Shown in pieces: positions 1-9,008 of a stretch of DNA of 41,977 nt. Within the stretch, counting starts at the first letter, position 1. Each line of letters starts with the position of its first letter. Source of the stretch: a virus (lineage: Duplodnaviria > Caudoviricetes); the IMG/VR virus record IMGVR_UViG_3300027835_000481, positions 1-41,977 of that record. One strand, given 5' to 3'. The notes below the pieces were generated by a model. It saw only the letters and a list, made by a program, of their open reading frames with translations. It searched no databases and was not told where the DNA came from. The position numbers were made by a program, and so were the translations under genes.

Positions 1-4
1 TACG

Positions 5-139
5 TCAGCTTTTCGTTTCTCCGCGCCTCCGTTTGTGATGTTCCCACCCGGCAAAAATATCTCGGCCGATCCATCCGATGAGGGTGCCCAATATAAGTAC
101 GATGACGTAGAGGATCAGCTCTTTAGTGGTCGGGTCCAT
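5..139 (-). CDS. Possible small single-TM peptide (44 aa, MDPTTKELILYVIVLILGTLIGWIGRDIFAGWEHHKRRRGETKS)
   Basis: Read by hand (below ORF-track cutoff); hydrophobic stretch followed by a basic tail; no strong RBS. Confidence 0.35.
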   Translation of the reverse strand: MDPTTKELILYVIVLILGTLIGWIGRDIFAGWEHHKRRRGETKS

Positions 140-299
140 TGTTATCGCTTATTCGGCAGAGAGAAGATCGAAGTATTCTATACACGGCGCACGCATCGAA
201 ATACTGATGCACCCCACCCATTTCGTATGTCATACATAGTCCCTTTGTGTGCAGCTTTTTTTTCTGCACGACCATCGTTTAATGCAGTGGCCGAACACG

Positions 300-533
300 C
301 TACTGATGGGTAGAACGGATAATCCCCTCTAACGTTTTTACCCGAGCCTGCAACATCGCATCACGCTCGATGAGGCGCCGGTAGACGTCGTCAGTTAAGC
401 ACTGTAGATCGGGCTCGGGGATGTGGGGAAGCGTAAGCGCAGGCGGGAGCGGTAAAACGGGATGGGACGGAACCGTATCGCAGCCACTAAGGCTGCTCAA
501 AATGATCCCGACGATGAGAAGCGCGCGCCGCAT
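300..533 (-). CDS. o-spanin (Rz1-like lipoprotein)
   Basis: MRRALLIVGIILSSLSGC lipobox, Pro-rich mature part, overlaps the 3' end of the i-spanin candidate; ATG at 533 preferred. Confidence 0.75.
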   Translation of the reverse strand: MRRALLIVGIILSSLSGCDTVPSHPVLPLPPALTLPHIPEPDLQCLTDDVYRRLIERDAMLQARVKTLEGIIRSTHQ

Positions 534-723
534 CAATAGCCTCCTGTTCATGTGTCAGCCCTTCGATCAGGGCCTGGTTAGCTTTCTGTTCGGTTCGCCG
601 CACACCCTCAATCGCTTCGCGCTTGTCGGTCTCGTGACTTGCCTTCTCGCGGTAAAACAAAGCCGCGAAGAAAGCTGCCGCAAACGCGAGGATCGCGGCA
701 AGCCAACTCTTGAGTCTTGCCAT
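487..723 (-). CDS. i-spanin (Rz-like)
   Basis: N-terminal TM (WLAAILAFAAAFFAALFY) then helical periplasmic region; lies between holin and lipoprotein; ATG at 723. Confidence 0.7.
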   Translation of the reverse strand: MARLKSWLAAILAFAAAFFAALFYREKASHETDKREAIEGVRRTEQKANQALIEGLTHEQEAIDAARASHRRDHFEQP

Positions 724-725
724 CG

Positions 726-935
726 TTAACGCTCCATCAAGGAAGTAGTCGTCTTGGCGCGCAGAAGTGCCATGACGATGCCGATCACGATAAGCGCAAC
801 GCCTTGTGCCCGAGACGACAATTCGAGCAGCGGGATATTCGTCTGCAGGATGCCGAGTAGTGTGAGGAAGGTGGCCGTGTTGATCGTCCACGACCGGAAG
901 ACCCGCCTTACGCGGGGAAACCGTGTTTCGTTCAT
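726..935 (-). CDS. Putative holin (2 TM, 69 aa)
   Basis: Small protein with basic N-terminus and two hydrophobic segments, upstream of the spanin pair. Confidence 0.65.
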   Translation of the reverse strand: MNETRFPRVRRVFRSWTINTATFLTLLGILQTNIPLLELSSRAQGVALIVIGIVMALLRAKTTTSLMER

Positions 936-1070
936 AGGATGACTCGATAACGACTGAAGGGGTGGACGGGAACGATTCTTTAGGTGATGCGAGATTCCTT
1001 CATGCGCTCATGCGACCTCTCCTGGTCGTGACAACATTCTGGATTTACTTCAAACTGCCGCCACAAGCCC

Positions 1071-1556
1071 ATGCGACCTTCCAGACGATCTCTCCCGCAC
1101 CACATAATACGTATTGACCGTGCGGCCAGTCATACACACAGCTGGTTCGTTACCGTGCAACGCCGCGGCCAGAAATGGCGAAAACACTTCAGCGACGGCG
1201 TCAGCGGCGGGAAAAAACGGGCCCTGCAGGCCGCACTCGCCTACCGCGATAAACTGATCGCTAAATACCCGCCGCTCACACGGCGGGAATATGCCTCGAT
1301 CCGACGCAAGAACAACGTCTCAGGCATCCCCGGTGTCTGCCGTTATGCCCGCCGCGATAAGAAAGACGGCCGTCTCGTGACGCGCTGGTTCTGGGCGGGC
1401 TTCTGGGCGATAGCGCCGGGCAAATCCAGACAGGCTAAATTTTCAGTCGATAAGTACGGCGAGGAAGAGGCGTTTCGTCGTGCCAAACGTGCACGCTTGA
1501 AAGCACTGGCCGCTTTACAAGGCCCCTGGAAACCCGATCACACCTCGTCACGCTGA
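1071..1556 (+). CDS. AP2-domain DNA-binding protein (two AP2-like repeats, no nuclease domain)
   Basis: WFVTVQRRG..KHFSDG..GGKKRALQAALAYRD; N.SGIPGV; KFSVDKYGEEEAFRRA; opposite strand to neighbours. Confidence 0.75.
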   Translation: MRPSRRSLPHHIIRIDRAASHTHSWFVTVQRRGQKWRKHFSDGVSGGKKRALQAALAYRDKLIAKYPPLTRREYASIRRKNNVSGIPGVCRYARRDKKDGRLVTRWFWAGFWAIAPGKSRQAKFSVDKYGEEEAFRRAKRARLKALAALQGPWKPDHTSSR

Positions 1557-1569
1557 GTCTCTCGGCGAT

Positions 1570-2382
1570 TTACATTTGCCGCATCAGAAGTGGATGAACG
1601 CCCTTCTGCCGCTGTTCGCAGTGCTCATTCCAGAACAACAGCTCCTTGGCCGGTTTACCGGTTGCCCCACCCCCAACGGTGTAAGCGACCTGAAGTGACT
1701 CCTTATATAAGGAGTGAAACACCCGCCGAATATCGGGGTGATCATTCACACTAATGAGCACCGAACCCTGTATGGTCCTGGCCAGTTCTGCCATCTGCTC
1801 GTACTGCTCAAAACCGAACTCCACCCCATAGCCTTCGGTCTGCCAATACGGCGGATCAAGATAGAAAAGCGTATGCGGCCGGTCGTACCGCTCTATCACC
1901 GCGGCCCACGGCAGGTTCTCGATGTGAGCACTTTGCAGCCTCAGATGCGCCTGACTTAAGTCCTCCTCGATCCGTAGCAGATTAAACCGCGGCCCGACGG
2001 TAGTCGCGGTCCCAAACGTCTGCCCACTCACGCGCCCGCCAAAGGCGAGTTTCTGCAAATAGAAGAAGCGCGCCGCGCGCTGAATGTCGGTCAGCGTCTC
2101 CGGACGCTTAGTCTGCTCCCACTGGAATATCTGGCGCGAGGTAAGCGCCCACTTGAACTGGCGGGTGAACTCTTCCAGATGATGCTGCACGACCCGGTAG
2201 AGATTCACCAACTCGCCGTTGATGTCGTTGATGACCTCCACCTCTGAGGGTTCTTTAGTGAAGAAGATCGCGGCCGCGCCACAGAACGCCTCGACATAAC
2301 AGGTGTGATCAGGAAATCTCTGCAGGATAGATTTGGCCAGCCGTCGCTTGCCACCCATCCAAGGAATAATCGGTGCGGTCAT
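1570..2382 (-). CDS. DNA adenine methyltransferase (Dam/D12 class)
   Basis: PWMGGKRRLA, YVEAFCG, INDINGELVN, YLDPPY motifs. Confidence 0.93.
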   Translation of the reverse strand: MTAPIIPWMGGKRRLAKSILQRFPDHTCYVEAFCGAAAIFFTKEPSEVEVINDINGELVNLYRVVQHHLEEFTRQFKWALTSRQIFQWEQTKRPETLTDIQRAARFFYLQKLAFGGRVSGQTFGTATTVGPRFNLLRIEEDLSQAHLRLQSAHIENLPWAAVIERYDRPHTLFYLDPPYWQTEGYGVEFGFEQYEQMAELARTIQGSVLISVNDHPDIRRVFHSLYKESLQVAYTVGGGATGKPAKELLFWNEHCEQRQKGVHPLLMRQM

Positions 2383-2409
2383 GTAATCTCTTTTGGAATG
2401 AAAATCTTT

Positions 2410-2826
2410 CTACTTGGTCCCGTCCTCAAACCCGAGCGCCTGACCGGTGTTATTGAACTGCGGTCCCTTGTTGCTCTCGTAAGCACTGTCATCGCATTGA
2501 ATGCGGCAGGTGAGCGCAAACTCGCCGTTTAATTTCCAGCCGACGTGCGTTTGCAGAAACTGATGCTGTACCGCTGGATCGCCCGACCAGCGCACCATGA
2601 CGCCGACGTAAAACGGCAGCATGAAACGGAAATAAAACAACCCGTTGTAATACAGACTCACGGTGTTACGTCGCCCAAAGGAGGAGCGGATATTTCTCAA
2701 ACTTGGCTTCTCGCGCGTCCCCCACCCCCATTGCAACGACCACACGGGCGAGACAAGGCGCGCCGGCAGATTGAACCAGCGTCCCATGCGCTCTAAAAAG
2801 TCGTACCAACGTTTACTGGCCATCAT
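2410..2826 (-). CDS. Phage hypothetical protein (Trp/aromatic-rich) downstream of tail fibre
   Basis: AGGAG RBS; co-oriented with tail genes. Confidence 0.65.
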   Translation of the reverse strand: MMASKRWYDFLERMGRWFNLPARLVSPVWSLQWGWGTREKPSLRNIRSSFGRRNTVSLYYNGLFYFRFMLPFYVGVMVRWSGDPAVQHQFLQTHVGWKLNGEFALTCRIQCDDSAYESNKGPQFNNTGQALGFEDGTK

Positions 2827-2849
2827 AGTTTTCTCCTAAAGACGATTGA

Positions 2850-3998
2850 TTATTTGTATCCGTACAGCTTCCACGTAAACGAGACCGTCCCATTCGGTAC
2901 AAAAATACGAAGGACCGCCGTGCTTTGTGGCGTCGTGCGACACCCCGCCCCGTCGACACGGACGGCCGTGCCCCCGGACGTGATGGCCACCCCATCGAAC
3001 GTAAACCGTGGACGGTGCGCCGCGTTCGCCATGTCGCGCATCGTGATGTCGATATCGAACCCCTCCGAGGAACCCCCACCGGATTCGTTCACCATCTGCA
3101 TCAAGTCGTTCACCCCGCCCAGCGTCGAGGTGTAATCGGCACCGCCTCCCGGAAATATCGAGCCGTCGTTCGAGGTCCGCAGGCAAACCTCGACATTGGC
3201 GGAGGTCACGCCGTTCGAGATAACCAGCACGAGCTTCTTGTAAGTAGCCGCGTACGCGGCGATGCTGATGTCGTGCGAGGCACTGGCGAGCGCGGTGCCG
3301 GCGTTCAACGGCACGAGCCCCGGCTGACCGAGTGCGGCAATCACCGCCTGGATGCGCGTCTCGGTCGCCTTCTCGGTCGGCACCTTCGCGTCACTGTTGG
3401 CGGCAAACGTGCCGTCGGTGCTAAGGGCCGCACCCCCATCCTGAATGACCTTGCCCGTCACACCATTGAAGACGGTGAGGCGACCCGATACGACCGAGGG
3501 TGGCCCGATCACCGCGCCATCGATATTCACCTGGAGGATGTTCCAGTTCGCGCCCACGCTCGCGTGATTGCCGGCCGCACTGGCATCCACCGAACACACC
3601 ACGGTGTCGCCTACCTCCACGCTCGGACCTGAAACACCACCGATCTTGCCCGGCACGCTGACGCGATAGAGATGACCCGCGTCAGCAGACGGATAGTTTG
3701 GATTGGCGGCGCAGTTGAGCACGCCCTTGTAAATCACCGCATCGGCGGAGGTCAGTCCATTGGCAATCATGCTCTGGATCGCCTGGCGCAACTGCGTGTG
3801 ATCGGTATCCGACAACACGAGTCCCGCCTGCTCCACCACGTCGCACAGTTCTTCCTGGACCCCGTTGTGCCACTCGTATCCGGGCACGGTGGCGGCCTGA
3901 CCCGTTTGTGGATTGCCGCCCGTAAAGAATCCGGGCGTACCGCCAAGCGGCGGCGCCGGCAGGACGGCCACGGCCGTGGCGCGTTTTACTCGCTGCAT
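2850..3998 (-). CDS. Tail fibre protein
   Basis: N-terminal GFFTGGNP..AT...WHNGVQEEL..QL.QAI baseplate-anchoring segment typical of Mu-like fibres; follows gp48-like gene. Confidence 0.88.
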   Translation of the reverse strand: MQRVKRATAVAVLPAPPLGGTPGFFTGGNPQTGQAATVPGYEWHNGVQEELCDVVEQAGLVLSDTDHTQLRQAIQSMIANGLTSADAVIYKGVLNCAANPNYPSADAGHLYRVSVPGKIGGVSGPSVEVGDTVVCSVDASAAGNHASVGANWNILQVNIDGAVIGPPSVVSGRLTVFNGVTGKVIQDGGAALSTDGTFAANSDAKVPTEKATETRIQAVIAALGQPGLVPLNAGTALASASHDISIAAYAATYKKLVLVISNGVTSANVEVCLRTSNDGSIFPGGGADYTSTLGGVNDLMQMVNESGGGSSEGFDIDITMRDMANAAHRPRFTFDGVAITSGGTAVRVDGAGCRTTPQSTAVLRIFVPNGTVSFTWKLYGYK

Positions 3999-4010
3999 GG
4001 AACGAACCTC

Positions 4011-4586
4011 TTAGACGTAGGCAAAAATGAGATGGGTGTGCGCGGGCTTCACACGGGTGAGCACGCATTCGAGCAACTGATTGCCCCATGCGCGCAGCGC
4101 GTCTTCGCAGCTGTCTTCACAGGTGCGCTCGCGAATCGTGTCGAGGGGTGCCGTTGCTTGCCACGCGAACCGCCACGGGTCGTCGTAGAGCGGGTGTTCG
4201 CAGTCGTGCTCGCAGGTATGCACCCGAAACTCGGTGATCGCGATCGCATACCCCAGCGTCGCTGCCAGATCGATGAAGTACGGCCGGCTCTGTCCGCCTG
4301 GCATCGTGAGGCGTGCCACCAGCGCCTGACGTCGCGCCGGCATCGTCTGCGACACCGTGACACAGGTATCCGGCAAGCCCGCCATGCGCTCCCACTCCGG
4401 CAATCGCTCGGCAACGGTACGGGGGTCTGCTTCCTCGATCAGATCCAGCAGGCGGTTGTGAACCCGGGCGAGTTCTTGCGCCAGACCCGCGAGCAAATTG
4501 TTCTGCTCCGGCCACGCCGGCCCGCGCGGCAAGTGCTGGTGCAGTAACTGCGCGTAGTCGAGCGCGGTGGCGCGCGCTAAAGCCAT
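4011..4586 (-). CDS. Baseplate protein Mu gp48-like (YmfQ/DUF2313)
   Basis: LPRGPAW, EADPRT..ERLPEWER..GLPD, KPAHT motifs. Confidence 0.9.
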   Translation of the reverse strand: MALARATALDYAQLLHQHLPRGPAWPEQNNLLAGLAQELARVHNRLLDLIEEADPRTVAERLPEWERMAGLPDTCVTVSQTMPARRQALVARLTMPGGQSRPYFIDLAATLGYAIAITEFRVHTCEHDCEHPLYDDPWRFAWQATAPLDTIRERTCEDSCEDALRAWGNQLLECVLTRVKPAHTHLIFAYV

Positions 4587-5614
4587 GCGATCGCGCCCAA
4601 CGTTGCGATCTCGCCGGTGGTGTGTGTCGCGTTCGCCGTGGGCGACACCAGCGTGTGATCGAATTCCGCTGTAGCGAGCGAGATCGCTTCGCGCAGATGG
4701 CTGATAAAAATCGTCCCGCCTGGCTGCGCCTCACGACGCAGGAGGTCTTTCAGTTCAGCGGCAATGGCTGCGCGCACCGCGGGCGTGTTGGGCGAGAGGT
4801 TGGCGATCGTTACGGTCAACGGCACCGCGATGGGTGCGACCACCGTCAGCGCCGCCGTCACCGGCCGGCGCGCATCGAGGTAGGCTTGCACCAACGCCAC
4901 CTCAACGGCATCGGGGATGAGCGAGACATCCTCGTCGCGCACAAAGCGCACGGTCACGGTGCCAAGCCCGAGTTCCTGCGGATAACACCATGCCCGTGTG
5001 ACGCCGGGCACCTCCTTGGCCCACGCAACGTAGTCGTTCTGGTTGCCGCCGTGCGGGGGCCGACGGATATGCGTGAGGATGCGTTCGCGGTAGGCGTCGT
5101 CGTTCTCCGTATCGGCGCCGCCCGAGAGCGCGGACGCCCCGGCGTTCGACTGCACCCCGGCTATCGGACTCACCAGACTCAACGACTGCCCCGCTTCGCG
5201 GTTGCCACTCGCTCCCTCTGCGACGGCTTCGATGGCAACCGTCAACGTGGCGCCTGTAGCAGTGCCGGCTTCACTCACTCGATACTCGACACCGTCGAAC
5301 GCCTGCAGCAACGCATCGAGCGGAATCACTGCACCGACTTGTGTCGTGAACGTCGCCGTGCCCACTGCCTTGGCAGCAGGCTTGCGTTCCACACCCCAAA
5401 GCGAGCCATGCCGTTCGAGGTCGGTCGCCGTATCGACGAGCGTTTCGCGTGCGATGTAGTCGGCGAAGGCATAGAGGTAGTGCACGGCCGCCGCCTGTGT
5501 CCGTGCGTACACCTCGGCATCGCTTCGACGTAACACGTCCTCAATCTGCAGGCGTGCGAGCAGGTCGTTGCGCACGCGATCGATGATCTGTGGCAACGTC
5601 GGACGATTAAACAC
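4577..5614 (-). CDS. Baseplate J-like wedge protein (Mu gp47)
   Basis: GGAD.E.DD.YR.RI, PPHGG...DY..WA..VPGV.RAW; GTG start. Confidence 0.93.
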   Translation of the reverse strand: MFNRPTLPQIIDRVRNDLLARLQIEDVLRRSDAEVYARTQAAAVHYLYAFADYIARETLVDTATDLERHGSLWGVERKPAAKAVGTATFTTQVGAVIPLDALLQAFDGVEYRVSEAGTATGATLTVAIEAVAEGASGNREAGQSLSLVSPIAGVQSNAGASALSGGADTENDDAYRERILTHIRRPPHGGNQNDYVAWAKEVPGVTRAWCYPQELGLGTVTVRFVRDEDVSLIPDAVEVALVQAYLDARRPVTAALTVVAPIAVPLTVTIANLSPNTPAVRAAIAAELKDLLRREAQPGGTIFISHLREAISLATAEFDHTLVSPTANATHTTGEIATLGAIAWL

Positions 5615-6053
5615 GGTTCAGGAAATTCCAGACCTCCGAGAAACGAAGCGAGACAGGACGACCGTCATGGCGAACAACGACGACACGAAGCGAGAGACCA
5701 CTTAACCCCACGCGCTCGGCGCTCACCTCCACGCGGCTCGCCACGCCGTCTTCCACTAGCCACGACAATGCCTCGCGCGCGTATTCTTCGGCGCGCGTGA
5801 CGGTCTGGGCGGTAAGCTTGGCGCGCGCCAAAAGCCAGAGACGCGAGCCGATGCGGTCGTTATCGACGGTGGCAAAAGAATCGCCCCACCAACCCATCCG
5901 ATCTGATCCGGGCAATTCGTCGTCGGGTTGGGCACGGCGCCAGGTGAAGAGCGAAATAAGGACCGCACGTACGAGTGGTTCCGAAGACGTCATACCCGTG
6001 CGAAGTGCCTTCCCGTCGACAATGACGGTCAGGGGTTGGGCGAAGACACTCAC
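5607..6053 (-). CDS. Baseplate protein Mu gp46-like
   Basis: AVLISLFTWRRA, GWWGD, GSRLWLL.R.K, YAREALSWL. Confidence 0.92.
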   Translation of the reverse strand: MSVFAQPLTVIVDGKALRTGMTSSEPLVRAVLISLFTWRRAQPDDELPGSDRMGWWGDSFATVDNDRIGSRLWLLARAKLTAQTVTRAEEYAREALSWLVEDGVASRVEVSAERVGLSGLSLRVVVVRHDGRPVSLRFSEVWNFLNRV

Positions 6054-6739
6054 TGCGGTTGTCCGCTCGTGCCGCTGCCGGGCTGTACACCGCCGTGGAC
6101 GTGACCTTCGAGACTGATGCCATCGGCCATGACAGCGCCGTGGTTGACGTTCACGTCGCCGTCATTCACCTGCAGGTTCCCATTCACGACCGCGCCGTTG
6201 CCGCCGCTGATCGCAAGACCGCTTTGACCGGTGATGGGTCCGGCCACTTGTAAGGCGCCACCGATGGTGACGTGCTGACTGATCTGCGTAAGCGGTGAGG
6301 TAATCGCCACGCGGGTGCTTGCCACGACTTCCACCTCGGGCGCGGTGACGGATACTTTCGTGCCGGCCAATACCTCTATCGTCCGTCCGCGCTTAAAAAG
6401 AATACGATCCCCTTCGTCGGTGAAGAGTGCAACCTCGCCCTCTGCAAGATCCTTCAGGCGATAGCGCCGGTCGGTAATCACCACCGTAATTCCGTGCGAG
6501 CGATCGCCATCGAGGAACACCGTCACATGCTCCGCGCCAGACCGGGGACGCGAGGTAAAGCCATATGGCTCGAAGTGCTCAACGCCATCTTTTGCCTCGC
6601 CATCCAGGAGCTTGAGCTGTACGGTTTGCAGCGTTGTCGATGAATCGGCGTTGGCGACCGTACCGCGGGCGACGAGGTTGTTAAGACGCCGCGCATAAGG
6701 TGCGAGCAAGCGGCTCACAATACGCACGATGTCCATCAC
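6050..6739 (-). CDS. Baseplate central spike (Mu gp45/gpV)
   Basis: EHFEPYGFTSRP, D.RYRL..L.EGEVAL, C-terminal H.HGGV. Confidence 0.92.
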   Translation of the reverse strand: MMDIVRIVSRLLAPYARRLNNLVARGTVANADSSTTLQTVQLKLLDGEAKDGVEHFEPYGFTSRPRSGAEHVTVFLDGDRSHGITVVITDRRYRLKDLAEGEVALFTDEGDRILFKRGRTIEVLAGTKVSVTAPEVEVVASTRVAITSPLTQISQHVTIGGALQVAGPITGQSGLAISGGNGAVVNGNLQVNDGDVNVNHGAVMADGISLEGHVHGGVQPGSGTSGQPQ

Positions 6740-7800
6740 TTCACGTCTCCCCAGCTCTCAAGCTCGGTATTCTTCTTTTTAGGTTTGGCGAGAAAACCAT
6801 CCCGCGGTCCTACTTTGAGCTCACAGACCATGCCGTTATCGTTTAACCGATATTCGACTTCCGAGATCAACAGCTCACTATCGAAGCCGATAAGCGCATC
6901 GCGCACACGCACCAGCAGGTTCGGGCGCCAGAGGTCGCCATCGCCTTGGCGCCAGCCCTGCACGGTATAGGTGGCGGCCAGGCTCTTCGCCGCGCGGTGC
7001 GCGCGTTCATAGGCCACGCGGTCCCGACACGTGCCCTCGTCGGCCTGGCCGGTTTGTTTCACCACCAGCACGCGCGGACGGGTGACGCCGGCGTCGTCGA
7101 TGCTGGCCGATTCTTGCGAAGTGTCCTCGGGATCGTCGCCTTCCAGTGGCGGGCGTTGGCCTTTGGCGACGTAGCGGGAGTAACGATCCTTGTGATCAAG
7201 ATCGCTCGACCCGGTAAGCAGGTTCTCGCCCAACACGAGGGCGGTCGTGGCGCGCTGGCGGCCAACATCGATAAAGACGAGCGCGCCTTCTTCATCGTCG
7301 GTCGCGAGCAGGTAACGCTGGCGCAGCAACCGATCGATGCTCTCGAACACCGTCTCACCCTGCTCGATCTGATGATCGAGAATCGGGGCGCCGGTGTCGG
7401 TCTCGCTGGTTACGGTGATGCCATAGGGCGCAGCCAGATCTTGGGCGATGCGCTCAAGCTTCTGGCCACGCCACTGACCGGGCTCATTGATGGCACTGCA
7501 ATCGATGAGATCGGCGGTCTTCGAGCGTCCGCGCACGCCGACACTAATGCGCTTGGCCTCATAATTGATGGGTGTTGCATCGACATAGCCGGTGAGCACT
7601 TTGTCCGCGCCAATATAAATCTCACAGACATCCCCCGGACGCACACGTCGTGGGATCGCTTGTTGTCCCGGCCAGCGATCTGTGACAGAGAGCGAGAAAT
7701 CACGCGCCTGGCGCTCGATCCCAGCGGTGATAGAAACTTCCTTCCATCCCGCGTACTCCTCGCTATTCACCACCAGCCGAACGGTGTTGAGCGCGCTCAC
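6736..7800 (-). CDS. Baseplate hub protein (Mu gpP/gp44)
   Basis: GW..V.I...IE..AR.F, GRSKTADLIDCS, GWRQ.DG.LW.PN. Confidence 0.92.
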   Translation of the reverse strand: MSALNTVRLVVNSEEYAGWKEVSITAGIERQARDFSLSVTDRWPGQQAIPRRVRPGDVCEIYIGADKVLTGYVDATPINYEAKRISVGVRGRSKTADLIDCSAINEPGQWRGQKLERIAQDLAAPYGITVTSETDTGAPILDHQIEQGETVFESIDRLLRQRYLLATDDEEGALVFIDVGRQRATTALVLGENLLTGSSDLDHKDRYSRYVAKGQRPPLEGDDPEDTSQESASIDDAGVTRPRVLVVKQTGQADEGTCRDRVAYERAHRAAKSLAATYTVQGWRQGDGDLWRPNLLVRVRDALIGFDSELLISEVEYRLNDNGMVCELKVGPRDGFLAKPKKKNTELESWGDVK

Positions 7801-8999
7801 CGCGACAGCACCCGCAGCGGTGCCACCGGTACAAACCCCGGATGCGCGATACGATTGCGATCCACAATCTCCTCCTCGCGCCGCGCATCCTCGTGGAGGT
7901 CGTAGGCGATCACGAGTGCGCCTGTTACTTCGGGCGGTATGAACGTAATCAAGCGTGCCGAGTCGCGCGCCCGATCAGTCAAATCGCGATATACCTTCGA
8001 CCGTAACGTCGAGAGGGCCACGAACACCGCGTCACTCGATACCGTCGCCTCCCGATCCAGCGCGGCAAGTAAGCTCGCGCGCACTTGGAGCGCATCCTCG
8101 TACACCGGCACGGGCATCACCGATGCCAGCCCCGCCGACTGAACCAGACAAGCACGACGAAAGAGCGCTTGCACTGCAGCATGGTTGTCGTTGATGCGCT
8201 GTTGCGAAGGCGTGCTCGCCGACACAGTGGGTGCCGTGAACGTCGCGGCCACACTCAACAGCCCCGTCACGCCGCGCGACATCTCGCGCGCGGCAGGCCG
8301 ACTCGCGAGGCGACCGATACGCTGCGCCAGCGTCTGCGCCGACTGAAAGAGTTTGAAACAACGAGTCGCCAGATCCCCCGGCTTGCCAAGCAATGCACCT
8401 AAATCGCCATTGAGCGCACGCGTCACGCGGGTCACCTGACTGTCGACGAAGCGCAAGCGCTCAGCCACCGTATCGAGTGCGCCGGAAAACGATTCCAGCG
8501 CCGATTCATACACCGGTGCCGGCTGCCCCTCGACACTGAACGCCGTCGAGAAATCCTGCACCGACGCCTGCGCAAGCGTATCGGCACTCTCACACGTAGC
8601 GGCCTGCGTACTGACCGTCACCTGCGGATACGAAACGCTCCCCGCTTCCACTAACGTGATCTGAAAGCGGCACATCCCGCCCTCATCGCGCGTGTGCGTG
8701 ACGCGGTATTCCTTCACCGCCATCAGGATCGCGCCATACCACGGATGCACGAGCGTGGCGGGGCCGCTGGCTTCGAGCGCCGTGAGCAACCGGTCGCGCG
8801 CGGCCATGTACTCGGCGCCGATGACGAAGGCAGTAAGGTTTATCTCACGTGCCGCGCGCCCAATATCTTCCGCATACGGCTCCTCGCGCTGCGGGTACTC
8901 GTGCACCTGCAGCCTGCGCCCGCCACTGCGATCATCACCCTCGACATGAAATGCCACCCCGCGGAAGGAGGCGGGTTGCAGTTTGTCCTTCCAGCTCAC
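7797..8999 (-). CDS. DNA circularisation protein (Mu gpN/gp43-like)
   Basis: W..KL.PASFRGV.F, HEYP.R..PY.ED.G, LVHPWYG, RN.I.HPGFVP. Confidence 0.92.
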   Translation of the reverse strand: MSWKDKLQPASFRGVAFHVEGDDRSGGRRLQVHEYPQREEPYAEDIGRAAREINLTAFVIGAEYMAARDRLLTALEASGPATLVHPWYGAILMAVKEYRVTHTRDEGGMCRFQITLVEAGSVSYPQVTVSTQAATCESADTLAQASVQDFSTAFSVEGQPAPVYESALESFSGALDTVAERLRFVDSQVTRVTRALNGDLGALLGKPGDLATRCFKLFQSAQTLAQRIGRLASRPAAREMSRGVTGLLSVAATFTAPTVSASTPSQQRINDNHAAVQALFRRACLVQSAGLASVMPVPVYEDALQVRASLLAALDREATVSSDAVFVALSTLRSKVYRDLTDRARDSARLITFIPPEVTGALVIAYDLHEDARREEEIVDRNRIAHPGFVPVAPLRVLSR

Positions 9000-9008
9000 G
9001 GGCTCACC

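Noticed and set aside
35-313. 92-aa + strand ORF at the left edge
   Set aside because: No RBS or recognisable motif; overlaps a more plausible small minus-strand ORF
2850-3998. Tail-fibre diversification system (DGR or invertible segment)
   Set aside because: No reverse transcriptase, invertase, template/variable repeat or second fibre end visible
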